NCBI RefSeq assembly: GCF_009914755.1
Contig: NC_060929.1
Source: the human T2T-CHM13v2.0 reference genome, Homo sapiens
Direction: 5' to 3' (one strand)
Length of the DNA: 64,000 bases
Positions within the stretch are counted from its first letter, which is position 1. Every line of letters starts with the position of its first letter. The notes under the pieces are model-generated. The model had not been told where the DNA came from and searched no databases. It saw nothing but the letters and a program-made list of their open reading frames with translations. A program made the position numbers and the translations under genes. Shown piece by piece: positions 50,878 to 64,000 of this stretch.

Positions 50878-52559
50878 TACTCTGCCCCATCTAAACCATC
50901 CTAGTGGATCTTCCTAGTTATTGCCAAAATATTAAGCTACTTGAATCATATGTCATTGCAGTACAATTAAGAATTTAATTATCCTCAGGTATAAAAAGAG
51001 TTAATAAGGCCAATAATTAAACTCTTGGTAGAAAACACATAGAGGTTTCAGAAGAATAAGTAGATTTTGTTAAAAGTGTGTCATACATACTATTTTATGA
51101 CAAATGTATCTTCTTTTTTAAGTTCCAAATCAGTGAAGATTTCTTATATGCTATAGAAAATGTGATATCAAATTTTAAAAGGTTGCTTGGAAACACAGAT
51201 GTAAATAATAACTATATTTCACATTCATACATTATAAGATGTAGTTTTCATATGATATCTGAATGCTTTCACATCCCTTAGCTAGACTGAGCACAGGAAA
51301 TCCACGTCTAGGCAGTGTGTGTTTTCACACCTTGTACTAGGGTAATTTTCAGAGTCATTACCATTCTGGTAAGAAAGTTTCATAAGGGCTTTAACAACAT
51401 ATGAGAAATAAGGAAAATCTATCTCTTTTTCCTTATTCCTCTGAGCCTCAAAGTTAAGCCTGCATTTGAAGAACAGTGCCCAGAACATGGAAGGAGCAAC
51501 ATAAACCACATATTATGAGAAGTGGCCAAAACCCTTTGTGTTAGCATCTGACTTATTATTGGTAACATCTAAATTGCCACTCTAAATTATAAATAGTTAA
51601 ACTGTGCGCAATGTGAAATAATCAAGACCATGCTTTGTTTCTTAACATCTACTACACTGGCTCAAATACTTTTATCCAGATTCTTCCAACATGACACACA
51701 TTACATTTAGAACTTGGTTTTCTCATCAGATTTGTAGAGAAGATAGTTAATGCATATTTCACACCACAGGAAGTGATTGGGGTAAACTTAATATCATAGG
51801 AGCTTTTGGATTTAGACAAAGAAACCCATTAGTTTTCTCAAACAGCCATCAGAGAGACTTTAATTAAGTCACCCTGACACACGTATGCCTTCACTGGATC
51901 ACGATTTCTCATGCTGGTAACTTTCAAGCCCGGAAAATAGTCACTTTGGGAAAGTGTTTAGACTGGTTGTTTTGGACAGAACTTTTTAGACTCTCCATTT
52001 ATTATCATCTGGTGATTAAAGAATTAAGATGGTGATACCTAAACATGTTCTTTTAAAGGAAAATAAGTATCATTAAATCATTAATAATTATTTGAGGAAA
52101 AAGGAGCCAATGGCATCTCTTGAAAAGCCCTCATTATACTTTCTGTAATGTGCTCCTAGCTTAAATGCAGAAAGATGTCTTTGCTAACTTTAACAGCTCA
52201 TGAAAAGTTACTGTACCACATACTTAGTAGTCTTTGATGTATTTTGCTGATGATAAAGAATCAAATTCCATTCTTCCCACAAAAATTTATTCCAGTATTT
52301 TTAGGTTTAAAAAAGATGTCTGGGAAAAAAAAGAGAAAATGTCTCTAAATTAGCATTTGAGATGAATTACCATTTTCCAGAGATATCACTCCCTACAATA
52401 TTCCACCCCAAATAAACCGGAGGAAGAACTGTGGCTAAATGCCTAAGCCAGGAGTGAGTGGGGAGTGGGAAAAGGCTCCAGGCAGGTGAAAAGAACCAAG
52501 TTAAAGTCTGACCAAGACTGAGGTAAAAAACACATAATTCCTTCTGATAACACAGCAGC

Positions 52560-52715
52560 CATTATTATAGCTAGTGTTGTGCTCAGTACTTTCCCTGAGT
52601 AATTTCACTAATCCTTGTAAGTACTTCATGAGGTGATTTCTATTATTTATACTTTCAAATGAGAAAACAGGCTCAGAGAGGTTAAGTTCTCAAAGTCTCA
52701 CAGACAGCAAGTTCT
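52560..52715 (-). mobile_element. MIR SINE
   Basis: 'tttcaaatgagaaaacaggctcagagaggttaagt'. Confidence 0.7.
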
Positions 52716-52744
52716 TGTCTTAGCTTCTGGAACAGTGAATGCTA

Positions 52745-53091
<347 letters not shown>

Positions 53092-53544
53092 GGCTCAGCA
53101 GAGACAGTAACAGCACAGAATATCTTAGGTAGCATTAGTTTCTCCTTGCATATATCCAGACTTCACTAAATGTTTAGGCCAAGAAGAAAATCACAAAACA
53201 GGAATACTTGAGAATATATAAAAGTGGCTCATATCCTTCAAAATTTGAACCCCGAGGCCCACCCCTTGTCTCCTGTTTGGGGAGTCCAAAGAATTCACAG
53301 ACACATCAGTCATTTAGTCTGTAAGCAAATTTCATTTAATTCATACTTTGCCTGGGGTTAGCAGTCCATGGTCAGAAATGCTCCTGGTACCATATTCCTA
53401 AGACTGTCACTGACTCTGCAGCTGGTTCTTCCGTGGTATAGAGTGAATCTTTCAGTAGGAAGTGTTTCTAACAAGTTCCCATGCTGCTGAAGCCAACACA
53501 AGGCAAGAAGCTTTGAAATGGCTGATGTTTAAATTATGACTCCA

Positions 53545-53576
<32 letters not shown>

Positions 53577-53589
53577 CTATATATATATA

Positions 53590-53985
53590 TTTAGTAGACT
53601 TTTTTAGAGCAGTTTTAAGTTCACAGAAAAATTGAGTACAAGCTATAGAGATTTCCCATACACTCCCTGCTTCCACACATGCACAGCCTCCCCATTATCA
53701 ACAACCTCCACCACAGTGGTTCATTTGTTGCAATCGATGAACCTCTGTTGACACATCATTATCACCCAAAGTCCATAGTTTACATTAGGGTTCACTCTTC
53801 GCATTGCACATTCCAGGGTTTGGACAAATGTAGCATGACACGTATCTACCACTATAGAATCATATACAGTAGTTCCACCACCCTAAAAATGATCTGTGCC
53901 TAACCTATTCACTCCTCCCTCTCCCCAAACCCTGGCAACTGCTGATCTTTTGACTGTCTCTATAGCTTTTTCCAGAGCCATATAT
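53590..53985 (-). mobile_element. L1MC-type 3' end
   Basis: 'ttttagagcagttttaagttcacagaaaaattgag...gttgacacatcattatcacccaaagtccatagtttacattagggttcactctt'. Confidence 0.8.
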
Positions 53986-54060
53986 TTTTTAAAACAATTA
54001 CCTGAGGTCCTCTGGGGAAAAATATCTTATTAGAGATTCACAATAAGCATTGTCATTTGA

Positions 54061-54381
<321 letters not shown>

Positions 54382-54449
54382 TAAGAACTGGTTGTAATTT
54401 TGTTGTAGCCAATGCTTCCCAAGAAATTCCTGGGGGTGAAATGGTTAAC

Positions 54450-54890
54450 AGTTTTATTCCCTCCTCTTCTCACTATCTCCACTGTCACTCCCCAGCTCAG
54501 ACCAACCTCATCTCTCACTGTCCACTGTCATGGCCTCCAAATCTGGTCTCTCCATTCACCTCCTGCTTATTTTGCATCCTTTTTCCTCTTAACACAGAGT
54601 GATCTCTTTAGAATATAAACTGGCTTTCCACTGCATTAAGGTAAAATCCAAACTTCTTCCCATGATCTATAAGGTCCCATACCATCTGACGCTGGGCCCA
54701 CACCATCTGACATTGGGCCCACATCTCCAACTTTGACTATTATTTTCTTCCTCATTAACTGCAAGTCTCACTGGCCTCCTCCCAGCTCTTTCCTGTTCCT
54801 GGAGATTTGCTGTCGCATCTGCCTAGTGTTTCTGAGACTTTTTACAGCTCTTAATCCTTCAGGTGTCAGCTTAACTATCTTATCGTCAGG
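54450..54890 (+). mobile_element. L2 fragment
   Basis: 'cagagtgatctctttagaatataaac...taaaatccaaacttcttccc...tccttcaggtgtcagctt'. Confidence 0.6.
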
Positions 54891-54907
54891 CAAAGATTTG
54901 TTGTTAC

Positions 54908-55180
54908 TTTTTTTTTTTTTTGAGACAGTCTCTCACTCTGCCTCTCACTGAGGCTGAGGCTGAATTGCTCACTTTAACCTCTGCTTCTCAGGTTCAAGTG
55001 ATTCTCCTGCCTCAGCCTCCCAAGTAGGTGGGAAAGCAGGTATGTGCCACCATGCCTGGCTAATTTTTGTATTTTTAGTAGAGGCAGGGTTTTGCCATGT
55101 TGGCCAGGCTGGTCTTGAACTCCTGGCCTCAAGCAATCTGCCTGCCACAGCCTCCCAAAGTGCTGGGATTACAGGCCAGG
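54908..55180 (-). mobile_element. Alu (S/Jb-like) with a locally scrambled right arm
   Basis: T-tail plus gagacagtctc, 'ttcaagtgattctcctgcctcagcctcc', linker 'aatttttgtatttttagtagag'. Confidence 0.9.
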
Positions 55181-55246
55181 CAAAGCTTTTGTAACCACCT
55201 AAAGCACAGCCTTCTCCCTTGCCCTTCTCGATGTTACTCCCTATCA

Positions 55247-55432
55247 CAGTAGTTTTCAAAATGTGGTCCTGAAACCAACAGCATCAGGAACATCTGGGAA
55301 CTTGTTAGGAATGCAAGTTCTCAGGCCCCACCCTAGACCTGCTGAATCAGAAACTCTGGGGTGTGGCAAATCCATGTGTATTAGCGAGCCCTTCAGGTGA
55401 TTCTGATACAGGCTAAAGTTTGCGCAGTTCTA
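55247..55432. mobile_element. MER5A (hAT-Charlie MITE)
   Basis: 'cagtagttttcaaaatgtggtcc...tctcaggccccaccctagacctgctgaatcagaaactctgggg...caggtgattctgat'. Confidence 0.85.
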
Positions 55433-56065
55433 TGGCAGTATCCTGTTTATTTCCTACATGTTTATCGTAAACTATAATCGTTTCTTCTTATTATTTAATG
55501 CATTTAGCTTTTCTCACTAGATTTGCAAGCACTGTAAGGATCAGCAATCATTGTTGAGGTACAAGACAATATCTGAGGCTGATTAATATTTGCTGAATGA
55601 ATGAATGACACGGAACATATCTTGGAAAATACTGCTTTACATAGGATCTATATTAGCTTATGGCTAAACTTCAATTGCCGTGAACCACCTTACCAATATT
55701 TCTTTCCATTCATTTATTCAACATTTATTGACATTTGTAATATGCTAGGCACTATCCCAAATGCTATAAATACAAACACGAGCAAGTCCTTGTTCTGAAA
55801 GAACTTATAGACAAGTGAGATAAAAACAGGTAAATACACAATTATTTTATTCTGATAAGTGTTATTATAAGGCCTAGAAAAACCTACCAAAAGCATTAAA
55901 AATACACATGTACTTGTCTTTGACCTAGTTATTCTAGTTCTAAAAATTAATTCTAAAAAAAACCCAGGGATGCATACACAGATTTATCAAAACGATGTTT
56001 GTCAGCATTATTTATACTAGCAAAAAAAATCAGAAATAACCTAAATGTAAAAGAATGGAGAATTT

Positions 56066-56373
56066 GGCTGGGTGTAGTGGCTCATGCCTGTAATCCTAGC
56101 ATTTTGGGAGGCCGAGGCAGGCAGATCACTTGAGGTCAGCAGTTCGAGACCAGCCTGGCCAACACTGTGAAACCCCGTCTCTACTAAAAATACAAAAATT
56201 AGCCAGACTTGGTAGTGCACACCTGTAATCCTAGATACTCGGGAGAGGCTGAGGCAGGAGAATCATTTGAACCAGGCAGGCGGAGGTTGCAGTAAGCCAA
56301 GATCACACCACTGCACTCCAGAGTGGGTGACAGAGTGAGATTCCGTCTCAAAAAAAAAAAAAAAAAAAAAAAA
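56066..56373 (+). mobile_element. AluS (Sx/Sz-like) inside an old L1M fragment (about 55890-56630)
   Basis: Full dimer with A-tail; TSD aaaagaatggagaatt / aaaagaatgaagaatt. Confidence 0.94.
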
Positions 56374-57603
56374 AGAATGAAGAATTCAAAAATTATCCTA
56401 GACATAGGCCAGAACACTAAAAAATTATTGCAATTAAAAAGAATCCTTAATGATGTGAAATTGTTCACAATATACTACTAAGTAAGAAACTATATAATAT
56501 AGTTTTTAATTCTATATAAAAATAAATGTATTGGGAAAATGTATTAAAAATGTTAACAGAAATTACTAGGTGTTATGATAACAGGTAATTTAACGTTTCT
56601 ACTTTTATGCTTCTCTTTATTTCCAAATGTTTTGCAATGCACTATGATACTAAGAGAAAAATGTTAAGGGCAACAAGTCAGAGTTGAGGGAGCAAGTAAA
56701 TCTGCTATGTGGGTTGGGAGGTATCATCACACAGGAGGTGTCGTCTGAGTTGGGACTTGAGAATGCATGGGAGCTGTTATCAGGAAGAGTTGTCAGTAAA
56801 GCAGGATTCAGGGAAGTGCTGAGTGCCTTTGGGGGCCAAGAAATAGCTCAATGAGGCTCAAGCAGTTGCAGAGGGGATTTGCAGCTCTCCACCAAATTTA
56901 GTTTACAGAGAACAACCTATTTACTTTCTCAAAAGAAAACAAAGTTTCATATGGACAGTGACATTCTTTTTTAATAAAAATCAGAATTTACCTATGCATG
57001 ATGGGCCATCCATGCTCTACCAGGCGCATTTTGAAAAGCCACAGACAGCTTTCCTGCTGCATAAAGAATAATACAAATAAATAGAAATTATAACGTTTCA
57101 CTTTGGCTGATTATGAGATAACATCAGATGGGAGAAGGAGGAGGATATATCTTTATATCTTAGACCCAAAGCTCCCAGTGCCAGAATTCTAGAAGCAGGC
57201 CTAATCCCATGGTCTGGCTCTCATCAGTGGCCAAGAAGACTGAATGAGCAGTGAAATACCTCTTTGATGCTTGTTCATCACTCAGCACCAGCACAGAAAT
57301 TTCAAAGGCCATGTTAAGTGACTTGACAATCTGGAGACAGATGATAAAGTCTCAGCTTCTGATCACTAAACACAATAAATCCCTTGCGAACAGGTGCTAC
57401 TAATTTTTTTTAAAAAGATCCATCTTGTGCTGTCAGTCATTTTCAGATCAACTACAAGTGAGCCTGTTGACCTGAGGTATACTCAGATTGGGCTAAAATT
57501 CAGTAAAATATGAGTTTTGAGAAGGGTACATGTGATTTAAATAGATGGGATTGCCCCAGAGATGCCTTCCATAAGAGTTACAAACTCAAGTGTCAATAGA
57601 GCA

Positions 57604-57900
57604 GTGGCAGATGATGAGCTGTCTACCAATATCAGTCCTGCCCTTCTTGAACAATAAGAAAGTTTTAGCTGGGCACATGATTAGGTAGAACATTTGCTAG
57701 CTTCTCTTGCTATGACAGACATGTGAGAAACTCTCCAAACAATTTTTCTATTTTTCTTCGGTATATAGCTAATCTGTGTTTCCCAATCCCCTACTGCAGT
57801 TAAAAGAGGGCATGTGACTAATTTCTAGCCAATGCAATGTGGGTGGGGATGAGATACCCAATATCCTGGCCCATAAAAAGTATTCCATGCTCTTTTCACT
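57604..57900 (+). mobile_element. Old ERVL LTR fragments (LTR33-like, then LTR16-like)
   Basis: 'tggcagatg...ctaccaatatcagtcctgcccttc' and 'tttcccaatcccctactgcagtta...catgtgactaatttctagccaatgcaatgtg'. Confidence 0.5.
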
Positions 57901-57944
57901 TGCAGGAGAAGAGAAAGGAATCCACAAACCTAGAGGAGATCAGA

Positions 57945-58240
57945 ATGTGTGTACCTTCAGAGATACAAATTCTATTTCAAAAAAGCCACCTTACTGAAAC
58001 ACTTGCACATGTACACAGAGAATCATTTTCATGGGTGTTCGTTGCAGCATTGCTTATACTAGCAGAAAATTGGAAACAACCTGAATTACATCTACAGGAA
58101 AATGGTAAAGCAAATTCTGGAATATCCATACTAAAAAACATAATGCAACCTTTAAAAAGGTTCTATATGGGCTATCATGGAAAGATCTCCAAGACCTATT
58201 GCTGATCATAAAAGCAAGCTGCAGGATAATTTATCCCCTA
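57945..58240 (+). mobile_element. Old L1ME-like fragment
   Basis: 'gaaacacttgcacatgtacac...gttcgttgcagcattgcttatactagcagaaaattggaaacaacctgaa'. Confidence 0.6.
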
Positions 58241-58397
58241 AAACAGCAAACATTTATAGATGATTTATATGTCAGGTACTGTTTAGGGAGTGGGGATAAA
58301 GTAGTGAACCACAGACAAAAATCCTTGCCTATATAAAACTTATGAGCACGTAGAATGTATATTTTAACATCCTAAAATTATATATTAGTTAATAACT

Positions 58398-58402
<5 letters not shown>

Positions 58403-58450
<48 letters not shown>
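58403..58450. repeat. (AT)24 microsatellite
   Basis: Uninterrupted AT run. Confidence 0.98.
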
Positions 58451-58452
<2 letters not shown>

Positions 58453-60139
58453 TTATTTCTAAATACAGAGAGAAGATCCAGAATGAGACCCACCAAATTG
58501 TTCATGGTGGTAATCTCTAGAGAGGGGAGTGGGGTCAAAGAGGGGATAACAACTTCTTTGTCTATATTCTTCTGTGTTTCCATGTTTATAGGAATGCATT
58601 TGTGAATTTGAATTCTTTTTAGTGGAATGCATTCCACTAATGCAACCAAAAAAACTGCTCTTCAGGGGCCTAGCCATGGAACTCCTCAAGGGCCACCACC
58701 ATAGAAGGATGAACAATGTGTCCATTTTCCTCAACTGGTGTCTTCATCTGCTTTATTTATTTATGCCCATAAGTGAGGTTTCTTTTGATCAAAGGTTTCT
58801 GTGGCCACAAACGTTTAAGAACAGCCAACATTGCTCATAATCAGAAAATTAAAATACACAAAGGAATATGGATAGAAATCTCACTTGGGCATAACACTAG
58901 ACTAATCCCATATCATTTAAGGGTTTTGATTGTCTAGCTCTTTTGTTACTAAGGCTCCTCTGCCTGTAAAGGACAAGACTTAAGCTTTTCAGATGTCAAA
59001 TAGCACTCAATAAACATCACAAATGAGTTCTGATGTGGAAAATGCATTCTCAAATAGAAGAGTTTTTGTTTTATTTTAAAATTGTGTTAGCACCTAAAAG
59101 ACCCCTGTAATAGTGAAGATAAAGTTAATCCAGTAATGCATTTACCATAGTAAACCTCCAGAACAGAAACACATTACTTCCCTCTGATGGAATTTTAAAT
59201 CAGCGTAAGGGATTAAACAGTATTATCCAGCTGATGGAGAGCAACTTGGAAATTATGGGAAATGGCCATACTGCACAGCCGTTTGCATTCCAGGAATTCC
59301 GTTTGGACCTTCCATGATTAATATGTCTGATATAATTCTGGGGAGCTGGTGTCTTTTCTCCTTTGACTTTTTCATTTCATCTTTTCAAAAGGCTTGCACA
59401 AAGCAGAGCCAGGCTTCATGCTCTTCTTTCAGACTGTGGTTTATTATGATCTAGATTTGAATTAAAGCAGTGGAAATGGCCTCACAATTCTACAACTCCA
59501 CTTTTAGTATTTGGTTGAAACAGAATGCATTCTCCATTGTATTAGCACATGCACAAAATAATGAATTATGGCCTATCTACAAAAATAAACATTGTCTGAC
59601 AGATTATAGGGTGAGTGGATTGGATGATACAGAGCCTGAAGGTAATCAAAGTTCATTCCTTCTTTTGCCACCTTCCCTTTCAGCTTGCTTTCCTGAGCAG
59701 CAGGGTTTGAGAATTCTCTTTTTTTCTGCATGTTTAAATTAAGGCACAACTCAACAGCTATTTCAGATAAAATAGTCTCCCAATTTATCCATCTTTTCCT
59801 GAAATATTTTTACCGTAGAGGCCAATTTTAATTGCCATGAGTTTTTTGTTTAATGTGAATTATTTATATAATTAATCTGTTTTTCTTAGCACTTATTGAC
59901 AGCCTACCTTCACAGACCATCTCTTCTCCCAAATACCTCATCCTTGTTTCTCCTATCTGTAAACATTCCCACTGCAACCCGTCGTAATAGGTAATGTCAG
60001 CCACAGAAGGAAATAAAATATCTTAGTATCCATAAGCAAAACAAGAGAGAAAACTGTATATTTTGTAGGCTTGGTGAATTCTGTGGACTTATAAGCCTTG
60101 GACTAATCCTAATCAAAATTAAATCTTTCTTTGATTTTC

Positions 60140-60335
60140 CTGGATACTCTAACTTGATGAATGACTTAACTGCTTTGTGTTTTAGTTTTCTGAAAATTGA
60201 TAGGATAAGATGATAATACCTAACTCATGGGGTTAAGAGTTGAGTGAGATGATATAGGAAGCTATTTCACATATAATGCCTGGCATGTGGAAAGCATTTA
60301 GTAAATGGGAGCTGTTATTGCTGTCATTATTATCA
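60140..60335 (+). mobile_element. MIR SINE
   Basis: 'ataatacctaactcatggggtt...gagatgatatagg...aatgcctggcatgtggaaagcatttagtaaatgggagctgttatt'. Confidence 0.7.
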
Positions 60336-60459
60336 TCACTATCAGCAATGTGTTTTTGTCTTAAACTGACCAAAAAATAATAAAGTCTGAGAACCAGGAC
60401 CAAATGTCAGAAAGGTTCTTGGATCCAGATTTTAGTAAAAATCAAGGAAAACCTCTCTA

Positions 60460-60901
<442 letters not shown>

Positions 60902-61554
60902 CTAGATTAACTGGACAAATTCCTAGAAACACAGACATTACCAAAACTGACTTAAGGAGAAATAGAAAATCCAAGTAGACCTGTATCAAGCAAGGAAATG
61001 AAATCAGTAATTAGAAATCTTCCAGAGAAAAGCCCAAGACTAGATGTCTTCACAGGTGAATTCTAAACATTTAAAGAAGAATTAACACCAATCCTTCTCA
61101 AACTCTTTCAAAAAAACGAAAACAAAAACACAGAAACAAAAACACTTTCTTAATTACTTTATGAGACCAGCATTACTTTGATACTAAAGTCAGACAGACA
61201 ACACAAGCAAAGAAAACTATAAACTAACACATTTTATGAATACCGATGTAAAAATTCTCAACAAAATACTAGGAAACCAAGCTCAACAGCATATTGAAAG
61301 GATTATACACCCTGAGCAAGTGAAATTTATCCCAGGATTGCAAAAGTGGTAAAATGTATGAAAATCAATGAGTGTAATATACCACATTAATAGAATAAAG
61401 GAAAAAACTATGTGATTGTCTCAATTGACAAAGAAAAAGCATTTGACAAAATCTAACAAATATCCTTTCATGATAAAACCCTCAATACATTAGAAATAGA
61501 AGGGAACATCCTCAATTTGATAAAAGCCATGTAGCCCCTAAGATTAGGAACAAG

Positions 61555-61618
61555 ACAAAGATGTCTGCTTTTATCACTTATATTCAACAAAGATGCCTGC
61601 TTTTATCACTTATATTCA
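61555..61618. repeat. Tandem duplication, 2 x 32 bp, inside the L1
   Basis: acaaagatgtctgcttttatcacttatattca / acaaagatgcctgcttttatcacttatattca (1 mismatch). Confidence 0.95.
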
Positions 61619-64000
61619 ACATAATACTGAAAGACCTAGCCAGAGCAATTAGGCAGGAAAAATAAATAAAAGGCACCTAAATTAGAAAGGAAGAAGTAAA
61701 ACTATCTTCGCCTGCAGATGATATGATCTTACATTTAAAAACCTTAAGAACACAAACACACACACGCAAATCTGTCATAGCTAATAAAATGAATTCAGCA
61801 AAGTTGCAGAATACAAATCAACAACAAAAGAAGTTGTATTTTTATGAACTGGCAATGAACACTCTGAGAAGGAAGTTTATAAAAACGCTGTTTACAATAG
61901 CATAAAAAATAATAAAATGCTTAGGAATAAATTTAACTAAGGAGGTACAAGACTTGTACACTGAAAACTACAAAACATTGCTTAAAGAAATGCAAGACAA
62001 AAATAAATGGAAACACATTCAGTGTTCATGGATGGGAAGACTTAATACTGTTAAGATGATAATGCTGCCCCAATGTGGTATATCTGTTCAAAGTGACACA
62101 CAGATTCAATGCGATCCCTATCAAAATCCTAATGGTGTTTCTTGAAGAAATGTGAAAACTGATTCTAAAATTCATATGGAATTTCAGAGGACCAAGAATA
62201 CAAGAATAGTCAATTCATCTTGAAAAAGAATAAAGTTGGAGAACTCACATTTCCTAATTTCAAAACTTACTTACTGCAAAGCTATATTAATCAAAATGAT
62301 GTGGTACAGGGATAACAACGGTTTTATATAACAATATAGAATTGAGAGCCCAGAAATAAACCATCATCTCTATGGTCAAATGATTTTCTACAAGGGTGTC
62401 AAGACCATTCATTGAGGAAAGAATACTCTCCTCAACAAATGGTGCTAGGAAAAAACCAGACATCCACATTCAAAAGAATGAAGTTGGGCCCTACCCAAAT
62501 ATGAACAAGAAATTAACTCAAAATAAACTACAAACTTCAATTTAAGAGCTGAAACTATAAAACTGTTGCAAGAAAATATAATGGCAAATGTGTATTATGT
62601 CAGACTTGGCAATAGTTTTAATATGACACCAAAAGCACAGGTAACAATAACAAAAATATATAAAATTGGACTTCACCGAAATAAAAATTTCTGTATATCA
62701 AAAGACACTATCAAGAGAGTGAAAATACAACCCACAGAATAGGAAAAAAATTTGCAAATCATACATTTGGTAAGGTTTTAATATCCAGAGTAAAAAAATA
62801 ACTCTTATAACTCAGCAACAAAAAGACAAACAACCCAAATAAAAAATGGGCAAAGGAATTGAATACATGTTTTCTTATAAAAGATATACAAATGGCCAAT
62901 ATGTACATGAAAAGATGCTCAACATTATTAATTATTAGGAAAATGCAAAAAATACCACACTAAGATACTACTTCACATCTACTAAGATGGCTATAATTTT
63001 TAAAAAGGAAAATAAGTATTGTCAAGGATGTGGAAAAATTGGAATCCCCACACATTGCTGGAGGAATGTAAAATAATGCAGCTTCCATCCTCAAAAAGTT
63101 ATACACAGAGTTAGGATATGGCCCAGCAATTCCACTCCTAGGCATGCACCCCAAATAATTGAAAACAGTGACTCAAATAGATACTTATATACCAATGTTC
63201 ATGCAGCATTATTCACAATAACCAAAAGGTAGAAACACCTAAGTGCTCATCAACAGAAGAACGAATAAATAAAATGTGGCGCATATGTAAATGAAATATT
63301 ATCCAGCCATAAAAAGGAATGAAGTTCTAATACATGGTAAACATGGATGAACCTCAAAAACATTCTAAGTGAATGAAGTTACACACAAAAAGACAATTAT
63401 TGTATGATTCTACTTGAATGAAATATCTAGAATAGGCAAACTCATAGAGATAGAATATATAGTAGAGGTTACCAGAGACTACGGAAAGGGAGAAATGAGA
63501 AGTTATCACTTAATGGGTGCAGTTTCTGTTTGGGGTAATGAGTATTTTTGGAAATAATAGTGATAATTGCACAACACTGTGAATGTAATTAACGCCACTA
63601 AATATGCACTTAAAAGTGGTTAAAATGGTAAATTTTATGTTATATATATTTTACCACAGTAAAAAGGTAAATTAAGAAGTCTATTATAAACATCATTGTT
63701 GGTATTTGTAATGGCACCATACTATGACATATACAAAACCATTCAGTTTTTCTATGCACAATTGAGAAAAGGAAAAGTGGCCCTTATAAACTGGAACTTA
63801 AACATATTTTTGGCCAGATAGCTGGAACAGGCAAAATGTAATTGGTTAAATTGTTTGTATCAGTTCTACCTAAACATATTAATCCATGTCTATAAATGTT
63901 TAAAAAGATGAATGCACTGTTACGAGGGAGTAAAATTCCCAGCACTGAAGATACTAATAAAAAATTGTATGGTAGCCCAGCAGGGAAATTGTAGAAGGAA

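Overview
This is a 64-kb window of AT-rich, CpG-depleted, repeat-dense primate genomic DNA, very probably human because it carries an AluYa5-diagnostic insertion. It is intronic or intergenic: I can support no host protein-coding exon, RNA gene, CpG island or CRISPR array. The ORFs I can recognise come from repeats (Alu read-through, THE1 internal ORF, L1 ORF2p, a hAT transposase C-terminus), and the rest look like chance frames. Main contents: a full-length THE1A (MaLR) provirus; solo THE1C, MLT1C and MLT1F LTRs; about 14 Alu copies, many with target-site duplications (TSDs); a young 5'-truncated L1PA with a 21-bp TSD; old L1M elements; many MIR and L2 fragments; hAT and mariner derivatives (MER5A, MER33, MER102, MER113, MADE1); microsatellites; and a 41-bp minisatellite. 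I found no convincing new biological system. The best leads are a readable ancient CR1/L3-type reverse-transcriptase fossil (about 21.1-21.3 kb), a very young truncated AluYa5, a 115-nt fold-back hairpin inside an L1, a micro-inversion of the MIR core loop, a perfect 22-bp TEAD-site palindrome, and a one-sided LTR orientation that hints at a minus-strand host transcript. Subfamily names are from my recollection of consensus sequences, not from a database run, and boundaries of old repeats are approximate.
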